The notes below the pieces were generated by a model. It was not told the DNA's origin. It ran no database searches and worked only from the letters and a program-made list of their open reading frames with translations. Positions 38,315 through 46,990 of a stretch of 64,000 nucleotides of DNA are shown in pieces. The DNA is taken from assembly GCA_902806405.1 (NCBI GenBank), contig CADCWL010000247.1, positions 68,003 through 132,002 of the forward strand, given 5' to 3'. The translations under genes were made by a program, and so were the position numbers. The DNA is from an uncultured Thermomicrobiales bacterium (GTDB lineage: Bacteria; Chloroflexota; Chloroflexia; Thermomicrobiales; UBA6265). Positions within the stretch are counted from its first letter, which is position 1. Each line of letters starts with the position of its first letter.

Positions 38315-39850
38315 GTGACGGCCGTGAACGCCGAGCGACGCGACCCCTTGAGACGGACTATGTGGCAGACCTACCTCCAGCCCACGAGCGTCGCCGACGC
38401 CCTCACCCTCCTCGCAAAGCACGGCCCCTCCGCGCGCATCGTCGCCGGCGGCACCGACGTCCTCGTCGAGCTCTCCCGCGGCCTCCGCCCGACCAAAACC
38501 CTGGTCGATATCACCCGCGTTCCCGACCTCCGGTACGTTCGCGAGGAGCGCGGACTGATCCGCCTCGGCGCCCTCGCCACCCACAACGACGTCCTCGCTT
38601 CCCCCTGCTGTCGGGAGCGGGCGCTGCCGCTGGTCCAGGCCTGCCAAGAGATCGGCGCGCCTCAGTTGCGGACCCGCGGCACCGTCGCCGGCAATCTCGT
38701 CTCCGGCTCCCCTGCCAACGACACGATCACGCCCCTCGTCGCCCTCGGCGCGGAGGTCGTCCTCGTCAGCACCGGCGGCGAGCGCGTCCTGCCACTCGCC
38801 GGCTTCACCCTCGGCGTCCGCCGCACCGACATCCGGCCGGACGAGCTGCTGCGCGAGATCCGCTTCCCCGCCCTCCGGCCGGACCAGCGAGGCCGCTTCC
38901 TGAAGCTCGGCCTGCGCCGCGCCCAGGCGATCTCGGTCGTCGACCTCGCCCTCGTCCTCACCTTCGACGACGAGCGCATCGCCGCCGCGCGAATCGCCCT
39001 CGGCTCCCTCGCTCCGACCATCGTCCGCGCCGCCGCCGCCGAAGCGTTCCTCGTCGGGAAGACGCTCAATCCCGAGACGTGCCACGGGGCCGGCCGCCTG
39101 GCCCTCGATGCCGTCTCCCCGATCAGCGATGTCCGCGGCTCGGCCGCGTATCGCCGCACGGCCATCGCGAACCTCGTCGCCCGTGGCCTGCGTGACCTCG
39201 CCACCCCCGACTGCACGTACCCTCCGCCCCCACCCGTCCTCCTCGACACGGGCGACGGGAGCGCCAACGGTGAGGCACCGCCTCCCTCGGGTCGTCCGTT
39301 CGTCGGGACGGTCGAGACCGTCGTTAACGGCGTGCCGCTCTCGCTCACCGGCGCCGGGTCCAAGACGCTCCTCGACGCCCTCCGCGAGGACGCCGGTCTG
39401 ATCGGAACGAAAGAAGGCTGCGCCGAGGGTGAGTGCGGCGCCTGCACCGTCTGGCTGAACGGCCAAGCCGTGATGGCCTGCCTCGTTCCGGCCCCCCAGG
39501 CCCACAACGCCTCCGTCACCACGATCGAAGGGCTCCGCCCGTCCGCGGGCGACGACCCGCTCCACCCGCTCCAGCGCGCCTTCGTCGACCACGGGGCGGT
39601 GCAGTGCGGTTTCTGCATCCCCGGCATGCTGATGGCCGGAGCCAAACTCCTCCAGGAGCGCCTACGCCCGGATGAGTCCGCCGTCCGCGTCGCTCTGAGC
39701 GGCAACCTCTGCCGCTGCACCGGCTACCGCAAGATCGTCGACGCCGTCCTCGCCGCCGCCGATTCTTCGCCCGTCTCCGCCAACGGCGCGTCCCCGCGCG
39801 GTGCCACCCTCCGCTCCGCCAACGTTTCCAGCCCCGAAGGGGCTTCGTAG
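38315..39850 (+). CDS. Xanthine dehydrogenase-family FAD-binding subunit fused to a C-terminal [2Fe-2S] subunit
   Basis: The N-terminal FAD domain (IVAGGTDVLVEL, RTRGTVAGNL, and the CO-dehydrogenase-flavoprotein C-domain SDVRGSAAYR), then a Pro-rich linker, then GCAEGECGACTV and QCGFCIPGM..CRCTGY. An alternative start is ATG 38360. Confidence 0.88.
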   Translation: MTAVNAERRDPLRRTMWQTYLQPTSVADALTLLAKHGPSARIVAGGTDVLVELSRGLRPTKTLVDITRVPDLRYVREERGLIRLGALATHNDVLASPCCRERALPLVQACQEIGAPQLRTRGTVAGNLVSGSPANDTITPLVALGAEVVLVSTGGERVLPLAGFTLGVRRTDIRPDELLREIRFPALRPDQRGRFLKLGLRRAQAISVVDLALVLTFDDERIAAARIALGSLAPTIVRAAAAEAFLVGKTLNPETCHGAGRLALDAVSPISDVRGSAAYRRTAIANLVARGLRDLATPDCTYPPPPPVLLDTGDGSANGEAPPPSGRPFVGTVETVVNGVPLSLTGAGSKTLLDALREDAGLIGTKEGCAEGECGACTVWLNGQAVMACLVPAPQAHNASVTTIEGLRPSAGDDPLHPLQRAFVDHGAVQCGFCIPGMLMAGAKLLQERLRPDESAVRVALSGNLCRCTGYRKIVDAVLAAADSSPVSANGASPRGATLRSANVSSPEGAS

Positions 39851-39900
39851 GATCAGCCCGGGGTCCGCCCCGGGCTGATCCCTCGCCCCGGAGACCCGCC

Positions 39901-42192
39901 ATGCCCCGCGCCTCCGTCATCGGCCAACCCCTTCCCCGCCACGACGCCCTCGCCAAGGTCACCGGCGAGGCCCGCTACCCCGCCGACCTCGTCCGCCCCG
40001 GTATGCTCCACCTGAAGGTCGTCTTCGCCGACCGCCCCCACGCCCGCCTCCTCGCCATCGACACCACCGCCGCCCGCGCCCATCCCGGCGTCGTCGCCGT
40101 CCTCCTCGCCGCCGATGTCCCCGCCAACGCCTTCGGCCTGATCGAGGCCGACCAGCCCCTCCTCTGCCACGACGTCGTCCGCTTCGCGGGCGACAAGGTC
40201 GCCCTCGTCGCCGGCGAGAGCGCCGCCGCCGCCGAGTCGGGCGCCGCCCTCGTCCGCATCGACTACGAGGACCTTCCGGCCGTCACCGATCCCCGCACCG
40301 CCCTCACCTCCAACGCCCCGCTCGTCCACCCGGCGCGCGGCACGAACCTCCTCCTCCACGTTCCGATCCGGAAGGGGGACGTCGCCGCCGGTTTCGCCGC
40401 TGCGGACGTGGTCCTCGACGGCGAGTTCGGCACCTCCTGGCAGGAGCACGCCTTCCTCCAGCCGGAAGCGGGCGTCGCCTTCGTCGACGAGCGGGAGCGG
40501 GTCGTCGTCGAGACCGCCGGCCAGTGGCTGCACGAGGACCGCCGCCAGATCGCCGCCCTGCTCGGCCTGCCGGAGGATCAGGTTGTCGTCCGCTACGCCG
40601 CCATCGGCGGGGCCTTCGGCGGGCGGGAAGATCTGTCCGTCCAGGGCTTGCTCGCCCTCGCCGCCTGGCGTCTCCGCCGGCCCGTCGCCCTCGTCTGGAG
40701 TCGAGAGGAGTCGATCCGCGGTCACCACAAGCGCCACCCGATGCGCGTCCGCTGTCGCTGGGGCGCGACCACGGACGGCCGGATCACCGCGGTCGAGTCG
40801 GAAGTCGTCGCCGACGGAGGCGCCTACGCCTCGACCAGCGCCGAGGTCGTCAAGGTCGCCACCCTCTTCGCCAGCGGGACCTACGAGGTCCCCAACGTCG
40901 CTGCCGACGGCTACGCGGTCTACACCAACAACATCCCGAGCGGCGCCTTCCGCGGCTTCGGCGCCCCTCAGGCCCAGTTCGCCGCCGAGATCATGGTCAC
41001 CCGCCTCGCCCACGCCCTCGACCTCGATCCCGTCGACCTGCGGCGCCGCAACCTCTACCGCGAGGGGAGCGTGGAGCCGACCCAGCGCCCCCTCCCTCTC
41101 GGCGTCAGCGCGCTGCCGGTGCTAGAGCGCTGCGTGGAGGAGGCACGGGCGCGGTTCTGGGATCCGGGAGCCGAGGGCCGAGGCGATGGGGACGGGGACT
41201 GGCGCGCGGCCGTCGGCGCGGGGGACGCCGGCCTCGCACGGGGAAGTGGTACCGGTCCCCACCTCCGCCGCGGCCTCGGTATCGCCTCGGGCATCAAGAA
41301 TCTCGGGTACTCCTTCGGCTTCCCGGAGCAGGCCACGGCCACCGTCGAACTCTTCGGCCGAGGCGAGCCGGAGCGCGGCGTCGTCCGCGTCGGCGCCGCC
41401 GACGTCGGCCAGGGGTCCCACCTCGCCCTCCGCCAGATCGCCGCCGAGGAGCTTGGTCTACCCCTGGACCAGATCGAGATGGTCTGCGACGACAGCGCCG
41501 AGGCGCCGAACGCCGGCAGCGCTTCCGCCTCCCGCCTGACCTTGATGGCCGGCCGCGCCGTCCACGACGCCGCGGTCGAGGCCCTGGTCCGCTACCGCAA
41601 CAGCGACGAGCAGCGCGTGGAAGCGACCAGCCAGTACCGCCCCCCGGCGACGACCCCTCTCGCCCCCGGCTCCGGTGCCGGCACCCCCAACTACTGCTAC
41701 GGCTACGCCGCCCAGGCGGTCGAGGTCGAGGTCAATCTCCTCACCGGTCAGATCCGCGTCGAGCGCGTCATCAGCGTCCACGACGTTGGCAAGGCGATCA
41801 ACCGCCAGCAGGTCGAGGGCCAGATCGAGGGCTGCCTCGCCCAGGCCCTCGGCTACGCCCTCCTAGAGGACTTCCGAGTGGAGGACGGCCGCGTCCTGAC
41901 CCCCTACCTGAGCACCTACCTCCTCCCGACCACCCTCGACATGCCGACCGAGATCGTCCCCGTGATCCTCGAGCTTGCCGACCCGAACGGCCCCTACGGT
42001 GCCCGCGGTGTCGCCGAGATGCCCCTCGTCCCCCTCCTCCCCGCCATCGCCGCCGCCGTCCACGACGCGGTCGGTGTCTGGCTTACCGAGCAGCCCTTCA
42101 CCCCGGAGCGGGTGCTGGCCGCGCTCGCCGCGGCACCGGACACGGCAAGGCGAGACGCTGTCGGAGGGCGGTCGCTGGACGTGGCGAGGTGA
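39901..42192 (+). CDS. Xanthine dehydrogenase-family molybdopterin-binding subunit
   Basis: a/b-hammerhead N-terminus (GEARYPADL), GGAFGGRED, IPSGAFRGFGAPQ, GVAEMPLVP. 763 aa. Confidence 0.92.
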   Translation: MPRASVIGQPLPRHDALAKVTGEARYPADLVRPGMLHLKVVFADRPHARLLAIDTTAARAHPGVVAVLLAADVPANAFGLIEADQPLLCHDVVRFAGDKVALVAGESAAAAESGAALVRIDYEDLPAVTDPRTALTSNAPLVHPARGTNLLLHVPIRKGDVAAGFAAADVVLDGEFGTSWQEHAFLQPEAGVAFVDERERVVVETAGQWLHEDRRQIAALLGLPEDQVVVRYAAIGGAFGGREDLSVQGLLALAAWRLRRPVALVWSREESIRGHHKRHPMRVRCRWGATTDGRITAVESEVVADGGAYASTSAEVVKVATLFASGTYEVPNVAADGYAVYTNNIPSGAFRGFGAPQAQFAAEIMVTRLAHALDLDPVDLRRRNLYREGSVEPTQRPLPLGVSALPVLERCVEEARARFWDPGAEGRGDGDGDWRAAVGAGDAGLARGSGTGPHLRRGLGIASGIKNLGYSFGFPEQATATVELFGRGEPERGVVRVGAADVGQGSHLALRQIAAEELGLPLDQIEMVCDDSAEAPNAGSASASRLTLMAGRAVHDAAVEALVRYRNSDEQRVEATSQYRPPATTPLAPGSGAGTPNYCYGYAAQAVEVEVNLLTGQIRVERVISVHDVGKAINRQQVEGQIEGCLAQALGYALLEDFRVEDGRVLTPYLSTYLLPTTLDMPTEIVPVILELADPNGPYGARGVAEMPLVPLLPAIAAAVHDAVGVWLTEQPFTPERVLAALAAAPDTARRDAVGGRSLDVAR

Positions 42193-42511
42193 TGGTCACC
42201 GGTGGCCCGGTTGGAACCACCCCGCCATCATCTCGTCCTCCCCGTGTCGTTCTCACGAATCGCGTGCGCAAGCAGGTGGCTGATCGCCGGATCACTCTTG
42301 CCGACGTGAATCGCTCGGTCCCCCCATCGAGCCGTCGCTAGCCGAGCGTCGACCGACCACGATGAGCCGTCGCGGCACGGACGACGACACCTCAAGATCC
42401 TCGTTGTCACCGCCCTCCGCATCGGACGGAAACCGGAATGCCCACCGCCAGCGGCCGCCCGTCGGTTGCCTTGCGGGTTCGCATCGACGCCAAGGCCGAC
42501 GCCGACGCACT

Positions 42512-42555
42512 GAACCCGACGGTGGACCACGGCGCCGTGGTCCACCGTCGGGTTC
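42512..42555. repeat. 44-bp perfect palindrome (22+22, no spacer)
   Basis: GAACCCGACGGTGGACCACGGC|GCCGTGGTCCACCGTCGGGTTC, checked base by base. It is flanked at 10 nt on each side by the 18-nt direct repeats TCGACGCCAAGGCCGACG (42484-42501) and TCGACGTCAACGCCGACG (42566-42583), which match at 16/18. Confidence 0.95.
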
Positions 42556-42833
42556 GCTGCTTTGGTCGACGTCAACGCCGACGGCCGCCCCCTCAGGGTC
42601 GAGGTCGGCATGGCCTCGGACTTTCTCGCCTTTCTCACCAGGAACGGTGGCGAGTTGGTCCTCCCCGCACCGTTCTCCACCTCGACCGACGTCCCAATCG
42701 GGGTGGAGCGCCCTACCTCCGGCCTATGGGCACCGCATCCTGCCCGTCACTGCCGAGAAGCGGGTAGCCATCCAATTCGAGCGGGACGCGGGCGGGTGAC
42801 CCCGCTACTACCCCAGTTCTGCTCCCTCCTAAC

Positions 42834-43415
42834 CTAGAAGCACCCGTTGGATTCCTGCTCGACGTCGGCCACTCCCGTCGACGTCCGCTCGTACCGATAC
42901 TCGTCGCTCGACGCCCCCTTGAAGACGTCCGCACCGACGGTCGTTCCGGTTCTTAGAAACCGGAACCGCTCCAGCAGCGCGATCGACGCCGCGTTCCGGG
43001 TGTCGATCTCCGCCACGCATTCGGCGACGCGGTAGTCGTCGAACAAGTGGGTCAGCAGCCTGGCCAACTCCTCGCTCGCATACCCCTGACGCTGATACGG
43101 AACGAAGACGGTGTAGGCGACGATCGCGGTCCCGTTCTCCTGCACCGACGCCTGCAGCAGCCCGACGTACGCCTCCGCACCCTCCCGCAGCCGCATCGCC
43201 CGGTTCAGCCACGCCTCTCGTCCGTTCGGAGAGCGCCGGCCCGCAAGCCGAGCGTATCGCGCACCCAGTGCCTCCACCGTCTCCGGCGGCTCTTGGGGGA
43301 TGAAGCGTTAGTGCTGCGCGCTACCGAGGAACGGAAAGACGGCTAGGGCGTGGGTCTCAAGTAGCGGCTCCAACAGGAGACGATCGCTACGGAGCGGACG
43401 CTCGGGCTCGACCAA
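42834..43415 (-). pseudogene. GNAT (RimJ/RimL-like) N-acetyltransferase interrupted by one in-frame TAA (43308-43310)
   Basis: From TTG 43415 (Shine-Dalgarno GGAGAA): LVEPERPLRSDRLLLEPLLETHALAVFPFLGSAQH-stop-RFIPQEPPETVEAL..., continuing into the ORF-track piece 42834-43277 (VFVPYQRQGYASE, AEIDTRNAASIALLERFRF). The frame was checked codon by codon. Confidence 0.65.
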
Positions 43416-43465
43416 ACGGATTGGTTCTCCGGTCACTCGGCTTGCCCCTCGCTCGCAGCGGCGAG

Positions 43466-43900
43466 CTACTGTTCAAGCACCACGCTCCACGTTCCCTCGC
43501 TCCGCACGGCGAGGACGAAGTCTCCGTTCCCCGGGATGCCATCCGCCATGCTCCCGGCGTACGGCAGCTTCTTCGTTCCGAACGGCAGCGCCTTCCCCCG
43601 GGCGTCGTAGAGCGTGGCGGCGACCTCCCCCTCCCCCTGGGCCTCGAGCCGGACGACGACCAGACCCTCGCGCAACGGGAACGGCTCCGACACGACATCG
43701 CCACGACCGGCGAACCGTACCCCCTCCGGCACGGCGGCCCCAACCACCCGCGTCGCCACCCGCCGTTCGAGCGCGGTCACCCGGGTCCGCAGCGCGGCCA
43801 CCTCCGCCGCAAGATCCGGCTCGCCCTGGGCACGCCCGTTCGCGGCACCGCCGATCGCGATCATCCCGACAACGAGCACGCCCAGCGCCCACCGCGGCAT
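43466..43900 (-). CDS. Hypothetical secreted protein
   Basis: Signal-peptide-like N-terminus MPRWALGVLVVGMIAIGGAANGRAQG. A short coiled segment, then a beta-rich domain. Strong Shine-Dalgarno GGGGGAGGGAG. Confidence 0.6.
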   Translation of the reverse strand: MPRWALGVLVVGMIAIGGAANGRAQGEPDLAAEVAALRTRVTALERRVATRVVGAAVPEGVRFAGRGDVVSEPFPLREGLVVVRLEAQGEGEVAATLYDARGKALPFGTKKLPYAGSMADGIPGNGDFVLAVRSEGTWSVVLEQ

Positions 43901-44158
43901 CCCGCTCCCTCCCCCGATCAGCTGGCTCGGACCGGCAGCCTAGCACGACGCTGCCGCCCGCAAAGCGCGACCAATTCGGGCACGAGGAGCGGGGTGCCTC
44001 GTCATCGGTCGCCGGCCGCCTCGACCGCTTCCTGGACGGTCCCCGCCGTCACGATCAGGCGGCGCCCCGACCTTTGCCCGGAGGCGGCGCCGCGGGTTCG
44101 ACGGGGGGATCCCTGCCCGCGCCGCCGACGAATCAGCGGCGGTCTGGCGTGCTCGCCG

Positions 44159-44569
44159 TCAATCCTCCGTCGCCTTCCGCGCCGCCGTGTTCGGCACGAA
44201 CTGCCCCCCTACGCGGGACCCCGCGCGCTTCCTGGCGTCGGTTGCGTGCCGTTGGGCCGGGGTCAGTTCCTCCCACGTCCCCTTCGGAAGGTAGCGCGCG
44301 GTCTCCTCGCCACGGACCGCCGGCTCGCCGTCCGCGGTGGTCCACTCCTCCTCCGCCCACTCCACCAGGTGCCCCTGCGCCTCGGTCCGCTCTTCGGAGG
44401 TGTAGCCGCCGCCCGCGTCTTCGTACGCCCTGGCCAGCAGCTGCGCCTTGCGAGCGCTCCACTGGCCGGGCCGCCCGCCCTTGTCGCCGGCCGTGATCTC
44501 GGACTTCAGCCGGTCCCGCAAATTCGCGTCGGTGTAGACCGAGCCGTCCTGGCCGCTCCGCTTCGGCAC
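44159..44569 (-). CDS. Conserved-looking hypothetical protein
   Basis: GTG 44569 sits 7 nt after GGGAGGAGG. Sequence: SVYTDANLRDRLKSEITAGDKGGRPGQWSARKAQLLARAYEDAGGGY... High GC3. The track ORF start at 44776 is upstream read-in. Confidence 0.65.
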   Translation of the reverse strand: MPKRSGQDGSVYTDANLRDRLKSEITAGDKGGRPGQWSARKAQLLARAYEDAGGGYTSEERTEAQGHLVEWAEEEWTTADGEPAVRGEETARYLPKGTWEELTPAQRHATDARKRAGSRVGGQFVPNTAARKATED

Positions 44570-44666
44570 CCCGCCGCCTCCTCCCACCCTTCTCCTCCCG
44601 TCATCCGACGAGAGCGGGAGACACCGCGCATCCGTCGTGCTCAGCGCAATCGGTCCGACACCATCG

Positions 44667-45128
44667 CTACCGGTCGTCGTACCCCTGGGCGGCATCCCCG
44701 GGTTCCGTCCCGAACGAACCGGCATCCCCCGGCAACCCGCTCGCCAATCCGTCGAGCGCTTCCAGGACCGGTCCAACCTGCGCCGGGTCTGTCAGCGTCC
44801 CCCCAACCATCACCGCCCGCCGCGTCTCCGCCACCACCCGCAGCGCCGCGCCGGCGACGCTTGCCGACCCGCCCGTCTCGTCCTCGACGACGGTCACGAC
44901 CCCGCGGAAACGCCCGCCGGCGTCGAGGACGACAACGTAGCTCCGGCTGCCCCGGTCCAGCCGTCCGCGCAGGCTGCCGCCCCCCACGCCCATAGTCGCC
45001 TCCGTCCCGTCAACGTCGTAGCCGGCCGCCTCCAGCTCGGCGCCGAGCGCGACCGGGTCCCAGCGCCAGGCGGGCGCCGCCGTCTCCTCTCGATCCACGC
45101 TCCTACCCCTCCGGTTGGCCCTCTCCAA
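44667..45128 (-). CDS. Hypothetical protein
   Basis: High-GC3 ORF overlapping the PLD gene stop by 26 nt. No recognisable motif. Start uncertain. Confidence 0.5.
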   Translation of the reverse strand: MERANRRGRSVDREETAAPAWRWDPVALGAELEAAGYDVDGTEATMGVGGGSLRGRLDRGSRSYVVVLDAGGRFRGVVTVVEDETGGSASVAGAALRVVAETRRAVMVGGTLTDPAQVGPVLEALDGLASGLPGDAGSFGTEPGDAAQGYDDR

Positions 45129-46332
45129 AATCCTCGGCGAAGGTGGCCGCGAGGCGGGTCAGGTTGCCCCGGTCCGTCAGGAGCACGCCCAGCTCGCGGT
45201 TCTGGTCGAGCGACGTCGCCGTAAAGTTCTGGGAACCCACGTAGGCCCGCGCCCCGTCGATCAGCATCATCTTGGCGTGGATATAGAGTCCGCCCCGCGC
45301 CAGCTGCACCTCGACCCCGGCATCCGCCAGCTCCCGCCGCTCCTCCGCGTTGTCGTCGTCCTCCGACATCACCAGCCGGACCGCAACGCCGCGCCGCTCG
45401 GCGGCGACGAAAGCCGCCATGATCTCCGGGTCGCGCATCACCTCAGCGTAGACGTCCAGCGTCCGTTGGGCGCCGTCGATCAGCCACAGGAGATCCTTCC
45501 GGCTCGTCGTTGGGCTGACGATCAGCGGCCCGTCCGGCGGTTCGGCGGATCGGTTCCAGTCCGCCTCGAAGATCGCCGCCGCCTGGGCGACCTCGGCCGG
45601 CCGGGTCGTGATCACCCCGAACTCCCGGTTCTTGGTGAACGACGAGTAGGTCAGGTTCTGGTTCATCACCAGCGCCGTCGCGCCGTCGACCACGAGGCTC
45701 TTGACGTGGCCGAACCGGAACGCCGGGTTGTCCCATCTCACCGCGATCCCCGCCCGCTGCAGGCGAGCAAAGACCTCCGGCTGCGTCCCCGCCCCGCCGA
45801 ACGGCTGCTCCTCCAGGATGACCCGCACCCCGATGCCCCGCAGCCGCGCCCGCTCCAGGGCCGCGATCGTCTCCTCGTCGCTCAGCAGATACACCGCGAG
45901 CGCGAGCGACTCCCGCGCCCCGTCGATCTCCTCCAGGACCGGCGCCCGCCCGTCCTCCGGTTGGACGAAGAGCTGGGCAAAGCCGGGTCCGGGCAGCACG
46001 GGCGGCGGCGGCAGGGCGCCGCGGCGCTGCCGCGGCGCCGGAGCCTGCCGGACGTGGGCGTCGCGTCGGGTGCCGCCGTCGCTCGAGGAGACGGCTGGCC
46101 GCTCCCCTGGCACCTCGTCCCGCGCCATCTCCCCGCACCCCTGCGCGAGCAGTACGGCGACGAGCACGACGACGCCGGCGAAGAATCTCGGGAACGAGAC
46201 CGCGAGTCTGCGGAGTCCGCGACGCCCCTGGCCATCCCGACCGTTCAGGAGCCAACCCGATCGCGCCAGGCGCGGATCTCGGCGGCGTGCTCGTCGTAGT
46301 GCTGGTAGGTATCCTCCTCCAGGCACCCGCAA
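45103..46332 (-). CDS. Phospholipase D / cardiolipin-synthase-like protein (two HKD motifs)
   Basis: FGHVKSLVVDGATALVMNQN and YIHAKMMLIDGARAYVGSQN. A hydrophobic N-terminal segment FFAGVVVLVAVLLAQGCG may be a signal or lipoprotein-like anchor. The start is unresolved; the upper part of the ORF overlaps the DinB-family gene. Confidence 0.85.
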   Translation of the reverse strand: MRVPGGGYLPALRRARRRDPRLARSGWLLNGRDGQGRRGLRRLAVSFPRFFAGVVVLVAVLLAQGCGEMARDEVPGERPAVSSSDGGTRRDAHVRQAPAPRQRRGALPPPPVLPGPGFAQLFVQPEDGRAPVLEEIDGARESLALAVYLLSDEETIAALERARLRGIGVRVILEEQPFGGAGTQPEVFARLQRAGIAVRWDNPAFRFGHVKSLVVDGATALVMNQNLTYSSFTKNREFGVITTRPAEVAQAAAIFEADWNRSAEPPDGPLIVSPTTSRKDLLWLIDGAQRTLDVYAEVMRDPEIMAAFVAAERRGVAVRLVMSEDDDNAEERRELADAGVEVQLARGGLYIHAKMMLIDGARAYVGSQNFTATSLDQNRELGVLLTDRGNLTRLAATFAEDFGEGQPEG

Positions 46333-46739
46333 AGCCCGACCGTCGCCGGGTCGAGCGGCAACCGGGATCGGAGCAAGGCGACGATCAACCCATGCGCCCG
46401 CTCCAGCTCGGCCCGCTGCTCCGCCGCCGAGCGGTCCGCCCGCGCCGCCGCCTCTCGCTCGTTCATCGCCTGCCAGTCGACGACCTTGGCCGGCGCCTGC
46501 CCGGCCAGCTGCCGCTCAGCGGCGACGAGCGCCTGCTCGTCCCAGAACGCGAGGTGCCCCATCACGTCCTTGACCGACCACTCCCCGACCGCCCCGGGCT
46601 CCCCCAGCCGCTCCTCTGGAATGCCGTCGAGCGCCGCTGTCAACCCGCGCCAGCTCCCCTCGATTCGCTTAAGCGCGACGGCGATCTCGTCGTCGGCGCC
46701 GGCGTCGGCCCCCTCGTTCCTCGTCGCCGTGTCCGCCAC
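46245..46739 (-). CDS. DinB family (DinB_2-like four-helix bundle) protein
   Basis: EWSVKDVMGHLAFWDE ... TYQHYDEHAAEIRAW. GTG 46739 sits 6 nt after GGGAGGAG. Confidence 0.75.
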   Translation of the reverse strand: MADTATRNEGADAGADDEIAVALKRIEGSWRGLTAALDGIPEERLGEPGAVGEWSVKDVMGHLAFWDEQALVAAERQLAGQAPAKVVDWQAMNEREAAARADRSAAEQRAELERAHGLIVALLRSRLPLDPATVGLCGCLEEDTYQHYDEHAAEIRAWRDRVGS

Positions 46740-46990
46740 ATCAAGCTCCTCCCGGTCGATTCCACGATTTGCCGCGATGTAGGGTCGCAATTCTTCGCGC
46801 CCCGACCGGATTCGTCTGGCGCGACAGGGCGCTTGCCGTTCCCGTGCGCGGGCGCCGGCCGCGGTCGACGACCTCGCTCGCACACGTCAAGCCATTGGAC
46901 CGAGCCTTGAACGCGTATTAAACGATGCAGAAGGACCGGGCTCGTTGCCCGGCCCCCCGCCCGTCTCGACCGGGTCCATGGCGGGCAATC

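Noticed and set aside
42192-42341. 49-codon ORF with a DUF4258-like toxin fragment (VVLTNRVRKQVADRRITLADV) overlapping the xdh stop
   Set aside because: It is too short, lacks the rest of the domain, and sits in a region of broken frames. I treat it as a relic within the decayed segment, not as a gene.
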